Positions 51,987 to 64,000 of a DNA stretch of 64,000 nt are shown here, piece by piece. Made by a program: the position numbers and the translations under genes. The DNA is from Octopus vulgaris (taxonomy: Eukaryota). The stretch lies in the NCBI GenBank assembly GCA_951406725.2, contig OX597822.1:7936001-8000000 (forward strand), in the 5' to 3' direction. A model generated the notes under the pieces. It saw only the letters and a list, made by a program, of their open reading frames with translations. It made no database searches and was not told the origin of the DNA. The stretch's first letter is position 1; each line of letters starts with the position of its first letter.

Positions 51987-53000
51987 AGGCGACAAGTTGG
52001 CAGATCGTTCCCATGTCGGGCAAAATACTTAGATGTATTTCTTCCAGTTATAAGTTCTGAGTTCAAATGCCACCAGGGTTGCCGTTGCCTTTCATGAGTT
52101 GGAGTCGATAAAGTAAGTACCAGGTTAGCCCTAGGGTTAATGTAATTGATTTACGGCTTCCCCCGAAATCGCTGGCCTTTGAAACTAATATTAGATATTT
52201 CTACGTCGGTGAGCCGGTAGAGTCCTTAGCACACACAGAGAAAAGCTTAGTAGCATCTCGTCCGTCTTTACGTTCTGAATTCAAATTGCACCGAGGACGA
52301 TTTTTGCCTATCATCCTTTCGAAACTGATAAAATAAGCATCCCCGCCCCTATAACCGCTGGCCTTGTGTCAACATTTGAAGCAAATTTCAAAAGTTTTCA
52401 AGGGTTGTCAGCTGGCGTATCCTCGGCATGATGATTAAAATGCTTACCAGCATTTTTTCAGGGTGAAACTTTTGTGTCCAAATATCACGGATGTTGATTT
52501 TGGTGATAATCGAATCGCCGTATTCGTAATTATATTCAGAGTCTAGGGCGGCGCACTGGCAGAACTGTTAGCACGCCGGGTAAAATGCTAACTCATTTCG
52601 TCTGCCATTACCGCCTGAATTCAAATTCTGTCAAGTTCACCTTTGCTTTTTATGCTTTAGGAGACAAAAAAGTTAGTACCAATTGAGCACTGTACTCGAT
52701 ATGATAGGCTTCACTTCTCCCTCAAAATTTCTGGCCTTGTACCAAAATTCGAAATCACTGTACTCAGAGTTTAAAGAGGTGAGCTTGCTGAATCGTTTAG
52801 CATGCCGAGAAAACTGCTTAGCGGCATTTCGTCCGGCTTTAACGTTCTGTGTTCAAATCCCACCGAAGTCTATTTGCTTTTTATCCTTTCGGGGTCGTTA
52901 AAATAAATAGCAGTTGAGCACTTTGGTCGAAATTATCAACTACTCCCCCCCATACCCCATCCACGAAATTACTGGCCTTTTACCAAAATATGAAACCAAT
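51987..53000 (+). mobile_element. Cluster of five old SINE family C copies, head to tail
   Basis: Heads at ~51987, 52206, 52400, 52547 and 52776; most contain gttctgaattcaaat..gcctttcatcc..ctggcctt. Confidence 0.75.
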
Positions 53001-54179
53001 ATACTCATAGGGTATATCACTATTTTTGGCGATGTTTTAAGTTGTTTTTCGCCAAATTATTGAACGTTATCTTTGGTATCTTCTGAAAAAATACGCTCTT
53101 GCTGATATAACATTATACTTTCTCAATTTATTTAAGTATGTAAATGTTTAAATGTAGCAAAATTGCCCTGACCATGTTTCTAAATCCTGTCCGATTATAT
53201 TAAATTCTTTCCTTTCCATAGTATACGTAACCAATTATATTATAGAAATATATATGTTTTTGTTTTGGTATATTCATCATTTTCTCTCTTGTAATAACGT
53301 AGCTTTTGTTTTTAAAACTTTCAGGGTAGGAAAGTACATGCTTAGAAACATCTGAAACAAATAAAATGTTCTTAAGCAAATTAGCTTCAATTCGATTTTA
53401 CGCTGCAATATACTTGCTTTTCTGTTTTCGTGCATAGAATGTTATGTATAATTGTGTTATATTATGTATTTGCTTGTTAAGCGAAAGAATATAATCGTAA
53501 TATATAAATAGCATAGGACTAAAAAAAAAACAACAAAAGGATATTGGCTCAAACAACAAATACATATCAACAATATGTACCACATATTTTGTATTGGATT
53601 TTTTTTATCATTCCGGTGTGTGCTAAGTTCCCAAATTATTATTTTATATTTGTTTTCATATTCATGTGAATTCACAAAGCATTTCTTATGGAAATGAAAT
53701 AGAGTTTCCTTGCAAACGCACCCAGTTTGTAGTTAAACTCGTTTCACAATTGTTGCAATTCTCAGCAGATGATAATGTCCATGATGTTCAAAAACGTGTG
53801 AGAACTAACGGGTGGTAACGATAAGCATGTTGGTAAAACGATCATGAAATATACTATCACTGCAACTGATTAACTCATTGCCTGTCTTCCAAGTCTAATT
53901 CGAAAATTCCACTGTAACTGACAAGGTGTCAGTCATGCAAAGCACCAAACTATATTTGATATTTTAATTATATACAAAGAGTTATTGAACAGTATAATAC
54001 ATAAGCGTTAAATAATAAAGCGCATAGTATATACATTAAAAGTAAATAACGTTCGATGACCGCATAACGTATCAAGAATAAAAAATATGGAATTGTCAAT
54101 GCCGCAAAGACTACTTATTATTTTTTTCGTATTATAGTTTAATTATGTAAAATAACATCCCTCTTTGAAGAAGATGCCT

Positions 54180-54228
<49 letters not shown>

Positions 54229-54422
54229 ATTCATAAATGAGGGCAAAAGACAAAATTTCTAATGCCAAATATGCCGAAAATTTTGGACATATTGTCCATT
54301 AAATATATATATATATATATATATTGATAAAACGGTAAGATAACAAAAGAAAGAAAGAGACCTCAATATTATGTAAATAGAGGAAATTTATCTATACAAT
54401 ATGTTACATTACTCGGTAGTCA

Positions 54423-54485
54423 AGATAAAACTCTGAGTTTCAGATGCCGAAGTGGAAATCCACAACACCATCTCTTCGGTTATCT
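54423..54485 (-). ncRNA. Hammerhead-like motif with extended stem II
   Basis: AGATAA-CCGAAGA-GATG-GTGTTGTGGATTTCCACTTCGG-CATC-T-GAAA-CTC-A-GAG-TT-TTATCT. Confidence 0.6.
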
Positions 54486-54680
54486 GGTCTATTTGAAAAC
54501 GTTATGAAAAAATACCGTTAAAAATGAAGGGAAATTACTCTGTTATAACTCTGCTTTGCCTGCGTACTTATACATCGCTCGCATTTTTCGTCATAAAAAT
54601 TATATAAAAATACATAAAAATATATAAAAATATATAAAAATATATAAAATCTTCTTGGGACATAACACAGAAAGCATGTT

Positions 54681-55075
54681 CTATCCGTTTTCTTTAGGGG
54701 ACCAAAAACGTAACAGAAATTTAGTCACATGTGGGCATGATCCGAAAAGCTCTGTCCTTGTATTTAGACATGTGGTAGGGTCTAAGCTGCTTTTCCAGAT
54801 AAGCCATCTCTCCATGTCGCATAAACCGCACCTTCCGCTGCCGTTAGTATAGGGCTTACATCTGGCCAAAATCTTCCATTGTATGTTATAATCGACACCT
54901 TTATCTCTTAAAGACCAAATATGATTGGATAATTGTGTCGCTTTTCTTTTGTTCCAGTGCCTAAAGCTCAAAGTGTGGTTATTGAACCTGGCCTTGAAAT
55001 TACCCTCTGTCAGGCCCACGTATTTCTTCGTCGAAACGGTGTCTTTATGAAGCTACCGTAAACTCTATAACCACT
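54681..55075 (-). pseudogene. PLE GIY-YIG endonuclease domain
   Basis: KYVGLTEGNFKARFNNHTLSF..TQLSNHIWSL..IQWKILARCKPYTNGSGRCGLCDMER..LNTRTELFGSCPHVTKF. Confidence 0.9.
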
Positions 55076-58000
55076 AAAGACATAGTGAAAAAAACCTATG
55101 TTCGAAGATAAAACCAAGGGTGGGGGCTTCATTAGTACCAAACGTAATCGTATTTTTGACAATTTAGCCGCAGTCATCAACAGGAGTAGCAACAAGCAAA
55201 ACGTCCTGCATAAATTATGCATTAAATAGAGCCCCCTATCAGTTTATTGGACTTCCTTGTGATGATAGACATATAATACCCCAATCCGACTGTATCGTTT
55301 TAAGACAAATTGTTTATAGGCAAAAACTGATAGCTCATTGCGTTAGTCTGTTATCGTTTAGGTCAGAGACTTTATAGGCCTAACAAATAGCTGCAAGTAT
55401 GTTTGTGTGCGCGCGCACGCGTATATGAACATATATACATACACGCTTGCATACGCAATACACAGATACTTAAATGTATAATCACCATCAAAGCATTTGA
55501 TACTTTCAAAAATCCATTTAAAGCAATGCAAAATTGAATCAATAGTGCAAATTTTAATGCAGACACCTAAGGCAAAAATAACTTCCTTTATTCATTAGAT
55601 GCTCTTATATAAAGTAGAAATATGATTGTTCCTTAGCTAAACTGTACCACGGCAAAAGAACACTTGAAATATAGAGGTTCAAAGGTCGTCTCAAAACTCT
55701 TGTAGGATGAAGAGCAATAGCATCAACCGTTTATAATCCTGTCGAAATTTTATATAAAACGCATATGAGCACAAATATAAAACTATATAGCCATTCGAAA
55801 TGGAATCGAACATTGACCAACAGAACGAAAGAAAAACGTCAAAGGAAAACAATCTACGGATATTACTTCTTCAGGCTGCTGATGATAAAATCCAGAAAGC
55901 AAAATTGTCAAAGACGAAACAACCTACTTACCAAACGCTATAAAGACACGCATGATCACTTACTACACAGAAGCCAGTGTAAACAACATAATGTCTTGAT
56001 ATGTATTAGAACATAATACTTGATAGTTGTAAAAATTATTTAGTATTGTGGATGACAATATCACTAATCCACTAATAACGGAGAGCTGAATAACTTCGAC
56101 GGCTAAATCTTAATAACGAACAAATTTTGGAGTTGTTATTTTGGAATTAGATCTCGTAACAACATTGTACATCATCTCAGTATATTTTCTCTCACCGAGG
56201 AGCTAATTCACTCGATATCATTAACAATGCATCGCTTGTAAACGAGGAGATAACTGCTACGACATTTATCTATATTACTTAACAAGAAAATACGCCCAAT
56301 ACAAGTAATTTCTGTAGATGTTTCCATCTCAAACAGCTCGTCATATCCTACGGAATTATTAAATTTACAATATACTGGCATTTTCTTCTAGTTATGTCAA
56401 TTATCTTCTCTTGTAGATGTCTCACATTCCGCGCCAGTATTCTAACGGGAGGTTATTTGTTTCTTAATAAACTTCCAATGGAAACTGTAGGAATATCCAT
56501 ATGAGATATATAATACATTCAATATTTTGATTCATTGATGTGCTTCGTTTAAAAAATAGAATTTCATTTTCTTTATTGCCTTCATCTGTTGGCAAAATAG
56601 AATCAATGATGCAAATAATGATTAGCAACAGAATTTCGATGAAAGTGATTGTTGCACTGATGTCGAATTTTAAGACATTTCGCTATCTAAAATGATATCC
56701 AAGCAAAAGAAATAGTTCGTCATAAGGTCGCACTGAGAGACAAATTGTCTGTCTATGTTCTATTGTCATCCATCAAACAAGAGGAATGTATCTTCTATTC
56801 TCTGTCCACTACCATATATGTATATATTAATATGATGAACATAGAGAAATACAATAAGGAATCGACTAAAGTTCGTATTTCATATAATTAGATTATCGTA
56901 TATTTGGATCTTCGTTTAAAAAATCGTTGCTAACCGGTTCAGTTGAAACGAATTTCTGTAAAGTGAAGTTCCTTATAATATGTTACCTCAAGGCAACGAA
57001 AATACATATAAAATTATGATCCATGTTTATGCAAGGATACGACGAGCCATAGAGTTGCCCGTATTCGCGGTACAGATTTATAGAAGCTGATATAATATAA
57101 CAGTGAATATTCTTTATTATGAATAATATGGTAAGTGCAGATTAGTTCAGTTGCTTAGTATAATTGTTTGTGTGATTATTTCAAACATTTTCAGTTTAAG
57201 AAAAGAGAGTATTAATAAATATTACAAACGTACAAACCTATCTACCTACGTAAACACACACACACATACTCACACACGAAAGCACACGCACACACACATA
57301 CACACTCCTAGACGCTTACACATACATACAGATCCACACACGCACACGCACACACTCACTCACATACAGACACACACATACAAAAGGAACAGCAACAGCT
57401 ATATGTATATTTTGAATTTTTTGCAGTTTTAATTAGAAATATTCGACATTTATACGTTAAAAAATATGTTTTTTAGAAAATATTAGAGATTAAAGTACCG
57501 GGGAAACATCAATTTTTTAGGCAACACGATTAATCAGTAAATTTCTTTAGCAAACCGTAAAGATGTTACTTACTTTTTCCACCATTTTTTTTTTTTTACA
57601 GTAAGTGATAACTCTCGTATGTGATAAGCTGCTACAAATTGATATTGAATACAGGAAACTCCCAGGTGAATTTTACTGGAATCCCTATAGATTTTATTAT
57701 TTTATAGTGAAGTTTGGATATTCGGCAATTTCTACTCTTTATCAGTTACGTATTTCGTTTTCTAAAAACGTGTTTTAACTTGTTTAGAGAAATAATTTTT
57801 TCTATTACTTGATACCATGCGTATTTGAGGAAAGCTTTCCCACTTTTACACACAATATCCCCATATATTCATCTTACATGCCTCTCGCCAAACCTCGCCC
57901 TCATATCCCTATATCCATACTCTCTTAACGTACATTTAAAAATTGCTACTCAAATCAACATTACAAACTCCACCAAAATACGCCATAATACACATACACT

Positions 58001-58492
58001 GTCACTCTTATGCGAACATACACACAACCAGAAAACCACGTAAACCGCTCCACTTTATAAGTCCATATCCAGACAGGAGGACTTTATAATATTTCCACAT
58101 ACACACCCACTTATTTGTTTCTTCTTAACTCTTTTCCATACAATCTGTTCCAGATCTGTATTCTAAACGCTTCGCTGCCATTTTCTCATTCTCATTGCCT
58201 ATTCTTATGTCTTACATTCTATTCATATTTTTTTCTTTCTGCTAATGACGGAGTAACGCCCACAGTATTGAGATTTTTTCTCTTTGCATTAAATTGTGAA
58301 GCCAATAGCATATTCTCTAAAACTTGTATTTCCTTCGTTAACTGTATTATTCGCCTTCACACTTGCTATATGTCTACGTGCATGCATATCTATATACTAT
58401 TAGAAATGAACTTCAATCTTGCTTGCTTGGAATATTACACAGTCAAACTGCAGCATCATGAGAAAATAGTTTAAAAGTAAAGGACCCCTGAA

Positions 58493-59858
58493 ATGTGAAT
58501 ATAAACAAAATAAGACAAGTTTCGCGTAAATCAGACCACTGATTCTTGAAATATGTTTTTTTTGTGGGAATATACTCCGAAAATAACTTAACCCTGAAAG
58601 GGAGGAAACTCTAACCTTCCGATTAGGTACATTATGGTGGGGAAAATTTTAGTGACTTTAACTTGCCAACGGAAAAATGCAAGTTGTTTTTACAGTTAAT
58701 GTTTCTATTTTCGATTTTGTTAAAGACAATATTTTAATCCTTTAGAAATATTTTTAGGTGAATGTGATTTCAAAACTGTAAGTATCTATATTTTAGTTTT
58801 CTATAAATAGAAAATATATATATTTTTTTTATATTTATATTTTATATTTATATTTTATCTAGTTTCAGCTCACGAGTTGTGACCATGCCGGGGCACATTT
58901 TAATTTTTTTAATTACTTTCAAAAATTATTAAAATTATTTTAGGTGTTTATAAAAATATTTTAAAGTGAAAATGGCTTTAAAGATACAGTAAATATTTCG
59001 TAAAAGGACCGTTCGTAACCTCGGTGTGAAATAACTTTTTCCCATACGTGTTTTTCGAGTGCATTCGACGTATTTGACCTCCAAAGATTTGCCTGCTATT
59101 TCTAGCACGCCCTGCTACCACGTAAGAGGGATCTGCGATAAAGGTCCCGAAATAACGGATACGTGGTAGCAAGGCGTGCAGGAAATAGCAGCCAAACATT
59201 TTCTTTTCTGAGGAAATGATCCGTTTAGGCGTGATTTCGATGTCACATTCGTTGAAAGGATGCGAATCAACCTGGAACAGTTAAAGAAAAAAGCACGAAG
59301 CGAAATTCTGTTGGTGGGAAACTCCGAGGTCCCTACTACACCACCTTTTGTTTTCCGGAAGAAAGTGGCTTGCGGTGGATTTGGAGGTGAGATACGTAGA
59401 ATGCACTCGAAAAAAGTGTGCAAATTTTTTTTCGTACCGAAGTATGAACGGGTCCTTTACAAAGTATTTACCCAAGATCGGGAAAGGCATGAGAATAAAC
59501 GGATTGATGAGACCGATAAAGCAAGAACTGAGCGTCTGGTGAAACAGAGGGAAAGAAACAGCAGCAGAGGAGATAAGGAATCGGGCGAAACAGAAGGAAG
59601 AAAGAGACAAAAGCAGGGAACGTCATGAATCGGATGATCATGTGAATACAATCGGAAAAACAAAACAAGTCTCCCATAAATCAGACCACGCGTTACCGAG
59701 AAACGCGATTTTTTTATGGTATCTTTATGAATAACCAAACCGGTGTATAATGGGGAAAAATGCTTTGGAATTAAGGTACGATTGGAATGTGAATACACGC
59801 TGAATAACAGAAGTTCGCGTAAATCGGACCACGGATTCCCGAGATACGCGGGGTTTTT
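58493..59858. mobile_element. Structured non-coding element, probable old DNA transposon/MITE
   Basis: Three direct ~70-bp motifs tgtgaata..aaatc(a/g)gaccac..gagata (58493, 59640, 59787); ~95-bp inverted arms 58988-59085 / 59380-59470; nested 32-bp inverted repeat 59093-59124 / 59160-59191. Confidence 0.55.
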
Positions 59859-59952
59859 TCGGCTAGCTTAAACTATTATTGGTGACCTTACGAGTCACGG
59901 GTGGTCTAGTATCGTAGAAAAATAAAATATAAAGTGAAAATATTTGAAGATA

Positions 59953-60369
59953 CAGGAGTGGCTGTTTGGTAAGTAGCTTGCTAACCAACCACATGGTTCC
60001 GGGTTCAGTCCCACTGCGTGGCATCTTGGGCAACGTGTCTTCTGCTATAGCCCCGGGCCGACCAATGCCTTGTGAGTGGATTTGGTGGACGGAAACTGAA
60101 AGAAGCCTGTCGTATATATGTATATATATATGTGTGTGAATATGTTTGTGTGTCTGTGTTTGTTCCCCTACCATTGCTTGACAACCGATGCTGGTGTGTT
60201 TACGTCCCCGTAACTTAGCGGTTCGGCAAAAGAGACCGATAGAATAAGTACTGGGCTTACAAAGAATAAGTCCCAGGGTCGATTTGCTCGACTAAAGGCG
60301 GTGCTCCAGTATGGCCGCAGTCAAATGACTGAAACAAGTAAAAAGAGTAAAAAAAAAGAGAAAAAGAGT
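59953..60369 (+). mobile_element. SINE family B, full length
   Basis: caggagtggctgtttggtaagtagcttgc..gactgaaacaagtaaaaagag. Confidence 0.92.
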
Positions 60370-60903
60370 AATACAACAGAAAATTTGCAAAGTTCAGGCT
60401 TTGTCTGCCATTAGCAAATCTTGTGACAACAAGATAGCTGTATTTTATTCAGAAGTTTTTATCATGTCTGCTTATCATGTCTACCTATGTTAGTTGCTTT
60501 ACATTTAAGTAGTTATATCTCATCGAATGACTCTCTCTGTCTGGCGACGAAATTATCAACTTTCAGTTGTATTTTATTCCAGTAGGTTACATATTAAGCT
60601 TATAGAATATTGCAACGATGATCATAACTAATAAAACTTAATACATGCAGACAAGATACTGATACAACTTGTAGATCTTACAATATGAACGTACTTCCTC
60701 TACGGTATTCATGCGATCATTGCAAGAGTGAAGGTCAACATTTTCTTGACTTTTTAACTTGTGTAGCAGTTTGATGTGAAATAGTTACCAGTAAGGAGAA
60801 CATCGAAGAATTACGGGTATTTTGTGACTGAAGATTGTAAGAATATAATCCAAAGTTTGTGGGATTTCTATAGTGTTAGATACAGATTGAACGATATAGA
60901 GAT

Positions 60904-62210
60904 CTACCTGACATATCCAGCGTTGCTCGGGATTCAAATGGTATAGTTTGTATATATGGTACGGTTAAGATGAAACATGTGATACCGGGGAAGTGCAGCA
61001 TTGATGACAAAACATTTGTGGTGTAAATGAAGGACTAATTCGACTAAGTGACATGTCATGCGTCTGATTGGAAGATTCCAAGCCCTAAATTTTCATGGAA
61101 AAGTGAATGAGGGTATGGGATGTTTGAACGCACTAAAAAGATCTCGGTGGATATAATCTCCTTTGTAACTGTCGGTGCTGCCGCTACTACGCTGAACAAT
61201 CAGCAAGCATAAGAGCTATATCTATGTGATAAATTAAGCTTCTGGGTGTACTCAACCGCACTTCATGAAAGAAATGACGTGGTGAGAGGGTTGGGTTGGC
61301 CAGGAAACGCTTGAAAACAACACGGTGGTGCGATATTTCGGCTTGCAATCAATAGTCGTAGCTCAACCGTTCACTCCTTCGCGTAAACAGCGTGCGACCA
61401 CTGTGAGGAAAACTCAGCTCCCAAACGCAAACAATTCTGCACGTAGCGTCGGGGTACAGATGGTCACATTAAGGACATGGTACCAAACAAACATGGTTGG
61501 GTTGGGTGTCGTTGGGTTGCTGACGTGGTTGGGGGTCAATAGTTGTGTCTCAACCATGCACTCCTTCGCGAAAACAGCGTGCGATTTTGTGAGAACGACT
61601 AAGCTCCCAAACGAAAATAATTCTGCATGTAACGCCCTAGCCCGCAAGGTTTCATTAAGGACACGGTCTCTAACTAAAGTGGTTGGGTCTTAAACACCAT
61701 AAATTAGGAGGTTAATGCACATGCGATATACTTAAGAACATGTATATGGCTTTCGTCTATGCTTAGACGGAAAATTTTCATACCGAAATTAAAACAAAAT
61801 AGTTGAATAGACGCTCAAGATGTAATATATTTTGGCATATATTTCATAATATACACAGTGCGTTCCAAACGGTTTTTATACCAACAAATTGCTACCTATT
61901 GTACTATGGCAACGAACTATTATTACTACCACTTAACAACGCAGTTTGAAGTCTTCATTGGTTCATCCATTTAATACAACATACTTATATAATTTCAGTA
62001 CGTGTTTTTTTCGATACGTACCACAGCAGAGGAGGTTTTTTGCACCCAGGTACCCATTATTCATTGTGTAACGTATTTTAAGAGTCTAAAACCATTTCTG
62101 CAACACAAGCAATGTATATTCGTATATTCCAAATTTAGAGAAAATGGGTTGTGAACGTCAACAATCTCTGCGGTTGTACACCCATACCCAGCCTCATATA
62201 TATAATTAGA
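60904..62210 (-). mobile_element. Probable older non-autonomous Helitron (~1.3 kb)
   Basis: The 3' hairpin ccagcgttgctcggg (60917-60931) nearly matches that of the 3739 Helitron. Decayed CTAG (ctac at 60904). Candidate 5' end TCTAATTATATATATGAGG at 62210. Confidence 0.5.
61347..61690 (+). repeat. Tandem duplication, ~188-bp period
   Basis: caatagt..ctcaacc..cactccttcgcg.aaacagcgtgcga..gctcccaaacg.aaa.aattctgca..cattaaggaca.ggt occurs twice. Confidence 0.85.
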
Positions 62211-62295
62211 AATATTGCATTTCAATCGATCAGTATTCAATAGATCAGTGAATTTATTTCACTTGAAATCCGACAGATAGAAGGGCCAACCTACT

Positions 62296-62336
62296 CCAGA
62301 CTGATGAAGCGGAATTACCCAGAAACTAGTCTCTGG
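62296..62336 (+). ncRNA. Type-I hammerhead ribozyme motif, canonical GUC site
   Basis: CCAGA-CTGATGA-AGCGG-AATTA-CCC-A-GAAA-CTAG-TC-TCTGG: perfect 5-bp stem I and palindromic ACTAGT stem III. About 125 bp upstream of a TA tract. Confidence 0.75.
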
Positions 62337-62539
62337 TTACTGACTTTGCTGGAGGGAAGTGCTTATCTCCCCTGTTTGAAAGCTTAAGGATACTGAACGT
62401 TTGTGTCGCGTAGCCAACTAGAATCGGCGTTTCCTGGTACTGGCATATTAAGTTGGCAACAATATATATATAATATGTATATAGAATATGTATATATATA
62501 GAGAGAGATAGATAGATAGATAGATAAATACATGAATAA

Positions 62540-62602
<63 letters not shown>

Positions 62603-63431
62603 CATATATACATGCATATATATATATATCATATATATATATATATCTATATATATATATTGTTGGTTCCTTTGGAACAGTATTAGAAGTCACCAACAGG
62701 AATAAAAAGGAAAACTGAATAGGGTGCCAGTCAAACAATTACAAAAGGTTCCCCCCCCCTTGGCACGGCCAAAATAATCAGAAAAGTATTAGAGAGTTGA
62801 AAAGAAAAGATAGCATGATCCTACAGACAGCAAGCCCGCTCCATATTCAATACTCCAATAGTTACAACAAAATTAACATATACGTTGAAATGCAACTAAA
62901 CGTTATAAGCGACATATAATGAAGGATAAAACTTCGACTTCGGACGTCTGACTCAATGTAAAAGTAGAGTTCCCTTTGAAACTATGAACTGAAAGCATAC
63001 CAAGTAACTGTGTGGTAAGAAACTTGCTTCCCAACTGCATTGTTACGGGTTCAGAGCAACGAAAGCCTCGGAGCAACGAAAGCCTTGTGAATGTGTGTGT
63101 GTGTGTGTATGTATATTTGGAGTGTTTTGAAAATTCCTTAATATAGCTATAATATTTGGAGAGAAGGCTTTTTCTCAAAGAGTTCTCCCACTGTTCTCTA
63201 GTTATCGAACAAATCTATGATCGCAGGTCCTCCAATTATTCCTCAATCCAGTGCATTCTCCATCATTTTGTTTTTATTTTAGCGTGTAATTTCTACTAGT
63301 TTCAGTAGTTTATGAACATTGATATAGCCTGTCATATTGATTTATCTAGTTAATATATCCTTTGTAGAAGGTCTAATGCTTTCAGCATTATATTAGTCAT
63401 TGGTATCATAATACATGTCTTCACTATACTG

Positions 63432-63469
<38 letters not shown>

Positions 63470-63470
63470 G

Positions 63471-63518
<48 letters not shown>

Positions 63519-63519
63519 A

Positions 63520-63687
63520 ATGGTCCGATAACTGAAGAGATGGTGGTGTGGATTTCCACCTCGGCATCTGAAAGTCAGAGTTTTATCTTGGCTACCGAAT
63601 AATTGTCACATAGTATATTTACAGATAAATTCTTCTATTTACGTAATATTGAGGTCTCTTTCTTTTGTTATCTTACTGTTTTTACCA

Positions 63688-63690
<3 letters not shown>
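63520..63690 (+). mobile_element. Solo PLE pseudo-LTR fragment with HHR motif (63527-63587), between (TA)n tracts
   Basis: GATAA-CTGAAGA-GATG..CATC-T-GAAA-GTCAGAG-TT-TTATC; homologous to 54325-54490 and 20260-20428. Confidence 0.82.
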
Positions 63691-63745
<55 letters not shown>

Positions 63746-64000
63746 CAGTTAATACCGAATGCAAATAGATATCACACATGCAGATTTTTATAGTGAAAAA
63801 AAGATCATGAATATATAACAATTACATATCCACTTTTGGAAAACAGTTTGAACGTCTATTTCCGAGAATATTATTCAAGGTTAATAGATTTGTAAGAGGA
63901 TATTTAAACTGAATATAAATTGATTTGCTACTAATAATGGTTTCGAAAACTTTGAAGTTATCGACAAGGATATATTTTTGACCAACACGTAAATAGTTCA

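Larger units (their letters stand above)
54325..55080 (-). mobile_element. 5'-truncated PLE (GIY-YIG + pseudo-LTR), 3' end in (TA)n
   Basis: EN ORF followed by a pseudo-LTR homologous to the palindrome arms at 19887-20428. Confidence 0.88.

Noticed and set aside
51987-53000. CRISPR-like regularly spaced repeats
   Set aside because: Eukaryotic context; the units are long diverged SINE copies, not short identical repeats with unique spacers.
55765-56016. Coding-looking purine-rich stretch (MESNIDQQNERK..)
   Set aside because: Short, with no recognisable domain or splice support.

Overview
AT-rich, microsatellite-dense eukaryotic DNA made almost entirely of transposable-element copies and remnants. 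The SINE families and repeat landscape resemble an octopus (coleoid cephalopod) genome; this is inference from memory, not a database result. No host protein-coding exon can be supported, and most listed ORFs are translations of (TA)n, (ATGT)n or (CA)n repeats or of SINEs. Supported content: a decayed mariner (DD34D) transposon; four tRNA-type SINE families in many copies, several with target-site duplications; two non-autonomous Helitrons; a Tx1/L1-type ORF1 (zinc knuckle) element lacking ORF2 and bracketed by inverted SINE heads; an RTE LINE 5' fragment; and a near-complete Penelope-like element (PLE: RT + C-terminal GIY-YIG, 1.36-kb direct repeats) plus many PLE remnants. The main signal is about a dozen hammerhead ribozyme (HHR) motifs of several unrelated sequence types. 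They sit in PLE pseudo-LTRs and fold-back palindromes next to (TA)n tracts. One module places a tRNA-like Pol III promoter directly upstream of an HHR. One PLE copy has TGA at a conserved CxxC cysteine, a possible selenocysteine.
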